DNA from: Eubacteriales bacterium
GTDB taxonomy: Bacteria; Bacillota; Clostridia; Oscillospirales; CAG-272
Length of the DNA stretch: 64,000 nt
NCBI GenBank assembly: GCA_045612665.1
Contig: JAZKZO010000013.1
Coordinates: forward strand, 4,184-68,183
Direction of reading: 5' to 3'
In this document: positions 58,704 through 64,000 of the stretch, one piece after another
Layout: the number at the start of each line of letters is the position of its first letter
Numbering within the stretch: the stretch's first letter is position 1
Notes under the pieces: model-generated
Database searches by the model: none
What the model was told of the DNA's origin: nothing
The model's input: only the letters and a program-made list of their open reading frames with translations
Program-made: the position numbers and the translations under genes

Positions 58704-59948
58704 TTATCTCCTTGAAAGAACCTTTGCCTCATAATCCTTAACCATAGCAATCCAGTCCATTCCACAAGGAACACCACATTCCTCGCAATATTTGTCCCAA
58801 ACTGCCTCGAATGGCATAGTCTTAAGCTCTTCAAGAACAGCAAGGCGAGATGTATAATCAAGATCGAGCTCGTATTTTTTAAGTGCTTCGGTTGGCTCAA
58901 GCATAGCAAAAAGAAGAGCCTTTTGGATATTTCTAGCACCGATTACCCAAGCGGCGATTCTATTGATACTAGCATCAAAGAAGTCAAGACCGATATGAAT
59001 TCTATCCATTTCATTGCTTCTTACGATTTCTTGTGCGATCGCCTTCAACTCATCGTCAAAGATTACTACGTGGTCGCTATCCCATCTTACAGGACGGGAA
59101 ACGTGAAGCAAAAGTCCGGGTGTAAATTGAAGCGCTGTGCTAATTTTATCAGAAATAACCTCGGTTGGATGGAAATGTCCTGCATCAAGAGTGAGGAATT
59201 GACCGTTTTTAGCACAATATCCAAGATAGAAGTCATTAGAGCCTATTGTACAGCTTTCAGCTCCGATACCGAACACCTTTCCTTCAAGAGCCGCTACATT
59301 GTATTTAGGGTCTACTTCTACTGCAAAGATTTGGTTAAGAGAATCCTCAAGACGCTCTCTATAACCCTTTCTATCAACAGGAATATCCTTGAATCCGTCA
59401 GGAATCCAATAGTTACTAGCGCAAACCTCGCCCATTTCCTTACCGATATATTCAGCAACCTTTCTGGTAGCTATAACGTGATCAATCCAGAATTTACGGA
59501 TTTTTTCATCGTGGTGGCTAAGAGTAAATCCATCGCTTGAAAGAGGGTGTGAGAAGCATGTTGGGTCGAGATTAAGACCATATCCCTTCTCCTTTGCCCA
59601 TTTGATCCAAACATCGTAATGCTCAGGCTTAATTTGGTCTCTTGGAACGGTTTCTCCCTTGTTATCAAGGTAGATTGCGTGAAGACTAAGTTTCTTTTTG
59701 CCTGGAATCATAGATGCGGCAACATCGAAGTCTGCTTGGAGCTCTTCAATATTACGAGCTGCGCCAGGATAGTTACCTGTTGTTTGAATTCCGCCTGTCA
59801 ATGGGCCCTTGCTTTCAAAGCCCTTAACGTCGTCGCCCTGCCAGCATTGGATCGAAACAGGTACTTTTTTCATTCTTTCTATTACCGCATCGGTATCAAT
59901 ACCGATTTTTGCGTACATTTCTTTTGCGATATCGTACATTTTAGCCAT
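58704..59948 (-). CDS. rhaA: L-rhamnose isomerase
   Basis: CWQGDDVKGFE, GNYPG, WIPDG, LDAGHFHP, HVSRPVRWDSDH, LDFFDASINR. Confidence 0.93.
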   Translation of the reverse strand: MAKMYDIAKEMYAKIGIDTDAVIERMKKVPVSIQCWQGDDVKGFESKGPLTGGIQTTGNYPGAARNIEELQADFDVAASMIPGKKKLSLHAIYLDNKGETVPRDQIKPEHYDVWIKWAKEKGYGLNLDPTCFSHPLSSDGFTLSHHDEKIRKFWIDHVIATRKVAEYIGKEMGEVCASNYWIPDGFKDIPVDRKGYRERLEDSLNQIFAVEVDPKYNVAALEGKVFGIGAESCTIGSNDFYLGYCAKNGQFLTLDAGHFHPTEVISDKISTALQFTPGLLLHVSRPVRWDSDHVVIFDDELKAIAQEIVRSNEMDRIHIGLDFFDASINRIAAWVIGARNIQKALLFAMLEPTEALKKYELDLDYTSRLAVLEELKTMPFEAVWDKYCEECGVPCGMDWIAMVKDYEAKVLSRR

Positions 59949-61438
59949 TATTTGTATTCCTTTCCACAAATGTCAATAAATCTTGCATAAGCCTCATCCC
60001 ATTCAGCCGAGTGATGTGGCTCATAAACCTTTATTTCAAAAGAGTCTCTTATAACCTCTCTTGCCTCTGCGATATCCTTAAGCTCGCCAGAAGCAATGGT
60101 TTGCATTGCTATGTTACCGATAGCGGTTGCTTCAACAGGACCTGCATAAACAACTCTATTGGAAGCATCGGCTGCATATTGGCAAAGGATTGCTTCCTTT
60201 GTTCCACCACCAACGATGTTGATGGAGTTATAATGCTTGCCTGTCATAGATTCGATTGCTTCAATAGTCTGTCTATAGCAAAGAACAAGGCTTTCAAAGA
60301 TACATCTTACTACCTCACCGATAGTTTCAGGAACCTCTTGACCTGTTTTCTTGCAGAATTCTCTAATTCTATTTGGCATATCGCCTTGAGGAGTAAACAA
60401 ATCGTCATTAGGATTAATAAAGCACTTGAACGGCTTTGTTGCGAGAGCCTTTTCGGTAAGCTCGTCAAAGGAAATGTCAAGTCCCTCTCTCTTCCACTGG
60501 CGTCTTGATTCCTGCTCGAGCCACAAGCCCATAATGTTTTTAAGGAATCTAATCTTTCCACCTGCACCACCCTCGTTTGTGAGGTTATAATTAAGAGATG
60601 CAGAATTTATAACAGGCTCGTCATTTTCAACGCCCATAAGAGACCATGTTCCGCTACTTATGTAAACAAAATCGTCTCCGCGCTTTGCAGGAACAGCGAT
60701 AACGGCGCTTGCTGTATCGTGAGATGCAACGTTAACAACGTTAGCTGAAATATTACCAACCTCGGATAAAATTTGAGGAGTGAGCTTTCCAAGCTTATTG
60801 CCCGGCATAACGATATCGCAGAAGATATCGGATCTAATACCGAATTTTGAAAGAAGATCTGTTGCAAGAGCTCTCTTTTTTGCATCGAGGATAGAACCAG
60901 TTGATGCGATTGTATATTCGGTAGCCTTTTCACCGGTTAAGAAGTAGTTAAGAAGATCGGGAACAAACAAGAGCTTGTCCGCATTGTCAACGATATACTT
61001 TCTATCTCTTAGATCGGCACAAAGCTGATACAAGGTATTGAAATTCATTGTTTGAATTCCTGCAACTGAATAAATATCAGCGAAAGGAACGGTTTTGAAT
61101 GCGTAAGGCTGAATTCCGTCAGTACGCGCATCACGATAATGGTATGGATTCGCCATAAGAGCTCCGTTCTTATCAATGAAGCTGTAGTCAACTCCCCAAG
61201 TATCGATACCGATGCTTTTTATATCCTTATCATCGGACAAGGCACATTTGGAAATTGATGCCTTGATTTCGTGAAAAATTCTCAAAATATCCCAACAAAA
61301 ATTGCCACATGTATTTACAGGCTCGTTTGGGAAACGGTGATTTTCTCTTACATAAAGCTTTTTGCCATCAAAAGAACCAACGATTCCGCGTCCGCTTGAC
61401 GCGCCGAGGTCGATAGCAAGCATTTTAATTTCAGCCAT
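59948..61438 (-). CDS. rhaB: Rhamnulokinase (FGGY family)
   Basis: AIDLGASSGR, GIDTWGVD, HYRDART, HDTASA, SSGTWSL, KNIMGLW, GPVEATAIGN; stop TAA overlaps the rhaA ATG. Confidence 0.9.
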   Translation of the reverse strand: MAEIKMLAIDLGASSGRGIVGSFDGKKLYVRENHRFPNEPVNTCGNFCWDILRIFHEIKASISKCALSDDKDIKSIGIDTWGVDYSFIDKNGALMANPYHYRDARTDGIQPYAFKTVPFADIYSVAGIQTMNFNTLYQLCADLRDRKYIVDNADKLLFVPDLLNYFLTGEKATEYTIASTGSILDAKKRALATDLLSKFGIRSDIFCDIVMPGNKLGKLTPQILSEVGNISANVVNVASHDTASAVIAVPAKRGDDFVYISSGTWSLMGVENDEPVINSASLNYNLTNEGGAGGKIRFLKNIMGLWLEQESRRQWKREGLDISFDELTEKALATKPFKCFINPNDDLFTPQGDMPNRIREFCKKTGQEVPETIGEVVRCIFESLVLCYRQTIEAIESMTGKHYNSINIVGGGTKEAILCQYAADASNRVVYAGPVEATAIGNIAMQTIASGELKDIAEAREVIRDSFEIKVYEPHHSAEWDEAYARFIDICGKEYK

Positions 61439-61536
61439 AGCTAATCCTTTCAGCATAAAATGCATTATATTATTTATTACATAGGTATTATAACAGTAAA
61501 GGGATAATATTTCAAGTGCTTTTGGAATTTTTACAA

Positions 61537-63885
61537 TTATTTTAATTCAACAACTGTAACGCCAAAATCGCCCTCTCCGTATTCTCCGTTTCTGTACTTT
61601 TTGATTCGCTTATCCTTTCGGAAAAATTCCCAAAGGCCCTTTCTTAAAGCTCCTGTTCCCTTTCCATGGACAATGGTTGTGCTTTTAACTCCGTGTAGGA
61701 TTGCCTCGTCAAGGTATTTGTCAACGTCAATCCACGCTTCTTCAATGTTCTTTCCACGAACATCAAGAGATATTGAGAAAGTGCTTGAAACGGTACTTCT
61801 CGTTTTTGCTATAGGAGCTTGCTTTACCTCTCTTTTTTCGGTAACTAGCATAAGATTCTTTACATTTGTTTTAGTTTGAGCAATACCGCTCTTTACCAAA
61901 ACGTTTCCGTTCTTATCAGGATTTTCCAAAAGAACGGCCTCAGTGCCGATATTTCTAAGAATTACGGTATCTCCTTTAACAAGCGGTCTTGGAAGAACGT
62001 AATTTTCGTCAATTTCCTCAACAGGATTATAAATGTCGTCGGCTTCATAGAGCTTTTCGCGAATTGATTTTTTCTTTTCATTATAATTTGAAGAGTCCTT
62101 TTGGAGCTTTTCAAGCTTATCAAAAATCAATTCAGCACTTGCACGAGCGCCAGAGATAGTTTGTTGAGCCCTACGAAGAAGCTCGTCGCTCTCCTTTTGA
62201 GCCCTGCCAAGCTTATCCTTGAGCTCCGCCTCTGCCTTGTTTTTGAAAATTTCGAATTCCTTGCGAAGACGAGTAGCCTCTTCCTTTTCTTTTTCCATAG
62301 CAACTCTTGCAATTTCGAGCTTTTCTATAACAGCTTCAAAGCTCTTGGAATCATCTGAGGTGAGTGCCATTGCCCGTGATACTACGCTTTCGGGTACTCC
62401 AAGCTTTTGAGAAATCAAAAATGCGTTTGATTTTCCAGGAGCTCCTATTATAAGCCTGTAGGTTGGCTTTAATGTGTTTATGTCGAATTCACAGCTTGCG
62501 TTTGAAACGTTTTCGGTGTTCAAAGCGAATGCTTTAAGCTCGGCGTAGTGAGTTGTAGATGCGCAAAGCGCGTTTTTGGATAAAATGCTCTCTAAAATGG
62601 ACTGAGCAAGAGCTGCTCCTTCTATTGGATCGGTTCCAGCGCCAAGCTCATCAAATAGTGCAAGTGAATTTTCGGTAACACCGTTTAAAATGCTTACAAC
62701 CGATAGCATATGAGCTGAAAAGGTAGAAAGAGATTGCTCGATGCTTTGCTCATCACCTATATCGGCAAATACACCGTCAAAAATACACATATCGGCATTA
62801 TCTGCGGGAATTTGAAGTCCTGATTGCGCCATAAGAGCAAATAAGCCTAGAGTTTTAAGAGTTACGGTCTTTCCACCGGTGTTAGGACCGGTAATAACAA
62901 GCATTTTATATTCCTCACCAAGACTGATGTTAATTGGAACTACCTTTGTCTTGTCGAGTAATGGATGCCTTGCTCTCTCGAGACTTACATACTTTTTTGA
63001 ATTGATAGCCGGTTCAACAGCATTCATTTTATAAGAAAGCTCCGAACAGGCAAAATAAAAAGCAATTTCAGTTATGTTTCTATAATTCTTTTCAAGTTGC
63101 ATTCCAAAATCGGAAATTTCGGATGAAAATTCTGTCAAAATTCTCTCGATTTCGGCTTGCTCAGCTCCCATAAGCGTACGAAGCTCGTTATTAGCCTCTA
63201 CAACGCCCATAGGCTCGATGAAAAGAGTTGCACCTGTTCCTGACGTGTCGTGAATCAAGCCCTTGATTTCGTTCTTGTTCTCGCTTTTTACAGGTAGAAC
63301 GTATCTTCCGTTACGCATTGTTACAATGCTATCTCTTAAATGCTTTGCGTTGTCTCCGAGCAAAAAGCTTTGAAGAACCTCACGGATTCTATTTGTTTGA
63401 TAACGGATTTTTCGTCTAATGTCGGCAAGAGCCGGACTGGCGTCATCTGAAATGAGATCTTCGCTTATAATAGCCTTGAAAATTTTACTTTCAAGAGCTT
63501 TGTTTGGCACTAATTGATCAAAAAATTCGGTAAGCGTGCATCTTTCAAGGGCGTCAGAGTGAATATACTCGATTAATGCTCTTGTAGATTGCAAAACGGA
63601 TGCAACGTCAAGAATCTCTCTTGGAGAAAGAATTGAATTCTTCTCTGCCTTTTCTATTGCATCAAGAATTTCAGGCATTCCACCAAAGGATGGTGCGCCC
63701 TTTATTCCTGCCATTTTTTTCGCATTGGCGGTTAACTCTTGTCTTCGCTTTACAGTGTCGGGATTAGATGACGGCAAAAGCGCAGATGCTCTTTTTTTAG
63801 CACCGACAGTAGGAGAAACCGACACGAGCATATTTAAAATCTTGTCGAATTCCAAAATTCGGATTGATTTGTCCAGGTTAAGCAT
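61537..63885 (-). CDS. mutS2: Endonuclease MutS2 / ribosome collision factor
   Basis: SGTGATLFIEP, ITGPNTGGKT, LSTFSAH, DELGAGTDP, TTHY; C-terminal Smr domain (LDVRG...IVHGKGTGAL). Confidence 0.97.
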   Translation of the reverse strand: MLNLDKSIRILEFDKILNMLVSVSPTVGAKKRASALLPSSNPDTVKRRQELTANAKKMAGIKGAPSFGGMPEILDAIEKAEKNSILSPREILDVASVLQSTRALIEYIHSDALERCTLTEFFDQLVPNKALESKIFKAIISEDLISDDASPALADIRRKIRYQTNRIREVLQSFLLGDNAKHLRDSIVTMRNGRYVLPVKSENKNEIKGLIHDTSGTGATLFIEPMGVVEANNELRTLMGAEQAEIERILTEFSSEISDFGMQLEKNYRNITEIAFYFACSELSYKMNAVEPAINSKKYVSLERARHPLLDKTKVVPINISLGEEYKMLVITGPNTGGKTVTLKTLGLFALMAQSGLQIPADNADMCIFDGVFADIGDEQSIEQSLSTFSAHMLSVVSILNGVTENSLALFDELGAGTDPIEGAALAQSILESILSKNALCASTTHYAELKAFALNTENVSNASCEFDINTLKPTYRLIIGAPGKSNAFLISQKLGVPESVVSRAMALTSDDSKSFEAVIEKLEIARVAMEKEKEEATRLRKEFEIFKNKAEAELKDKLGRAQKESDELLRRAQQTISGARASAELIFDKLEKLQKDSSNYNEKKKSIREKLYEADDIYNPVEEIDENYVLPRPLVKGDTVILRNIGTEAVLLENPDKNGNVLVKSGIAQTKTNVKNLMLVTEKREVKQAPIAKTRSTVSSTFSISLDVRGKNIEEAWIDVDKYLDEAILHGVKSTTIVHGKGTGALRKGLWEFFRKDKRIKKYRNGEYGEGDFGVTVVELK

Positions 63886-63893
63886 AAAACTCC

Positions 63894-64000
63894 TTACAAA
63901 AGTGATTTATAAAAATCCAAGGAATAAAATCCTCGCTCAAGTTGGTTAAGTAAATACTTTTCACATACATCGAAAAACATTTGATGCTCTGATTCTCCAA
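63894..64000 (-). CDS. recO: 3' end of DNA repair protein RecO (partial, runs off the window; absent from ORF track)
   Basis: Minus frame reads GESEHQMFFDVCEKYLLNQLERGFYSLDFYKSLL*, matching the YLL.QLERGF..LDFYK C-terminus I recall for clostridial RecO; upstream of mutS2. Confidence 0.7.
   Translation of the reverse strand, partial: GESEHQMFFDVCEKYLLNQLERGFYSLDFYKSLL

Noticed and set aside
255-63949. Many 60-200 aa antisense or alternate-frame ORFs in the track (e.g. 3486..4112, 12488..13096, 14527..15081, 44927..45517, 58923..59540)
   Set aside because: They lie wholly within well-supported genes, have no RBS or recognisable motif and are typical shadow ORFs
1-64000. CRISPR array, tRNA/rRNA, IS, integrase or prophage
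   Set aside because: No regularly spaced direct repeats, no cloverleaf or rRNA signatures and no transposase, recombinase or phage ORFs seen by eye

Overview
Low-GC Firmicute chromosome segment, most consistent with a spore-forming Clostridia (Oscillospirales-like) genome; the taxonomy is inferred from gene content and synteny. About 60 CDSs, mostly core housekeeping blocks: infC-rpmI-rplT, dprA-topA-trmFO-plsX-rnc-radical SAM-smc-ftsY, rdgB-yhbY-nadD-yqeK-rsfS-leuS-rpsU, nusB-xseAB-ispA-tlyA-argR-recN, murB-whiA-dnaE, pgi, galE-galM, spoIIID and ylxM-ffh-rpsP-khpA on the + strand, then recO(partial)-mutS2-rhaB-rhaA-SIS-prs-argS-yebC on the - strand. I found no rRNA, tRNA, CRISPR array, transposase, integrase or prophage gene, and no large, self-evidently new system. 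The best leads are small: (1) a 3.1 kb insert after rpsU with an ECF sigma factor carrying a ~350 aa C-terminal extension and an AraC-GNAT-like fusion, each built on the same promoter/gene/homologous-hairpin plan; (2) a rhaB-rhaA operon with an SIS deaminase/isomerase where the aldolase would normally be; (3) a Crp/Fnr-ABC importer operon with a perfect operator; (4) a Cys-rich CsxA-like spore protein; (5) a solo Mrr-type nuclease; (6) a 19-bp sequence shared by the rpsU and ylxM promoters. rpsU and the recO 3' end are missing from the ORF track and were read directly. Product calls come from remembered motifs and synteny; no searches were run.
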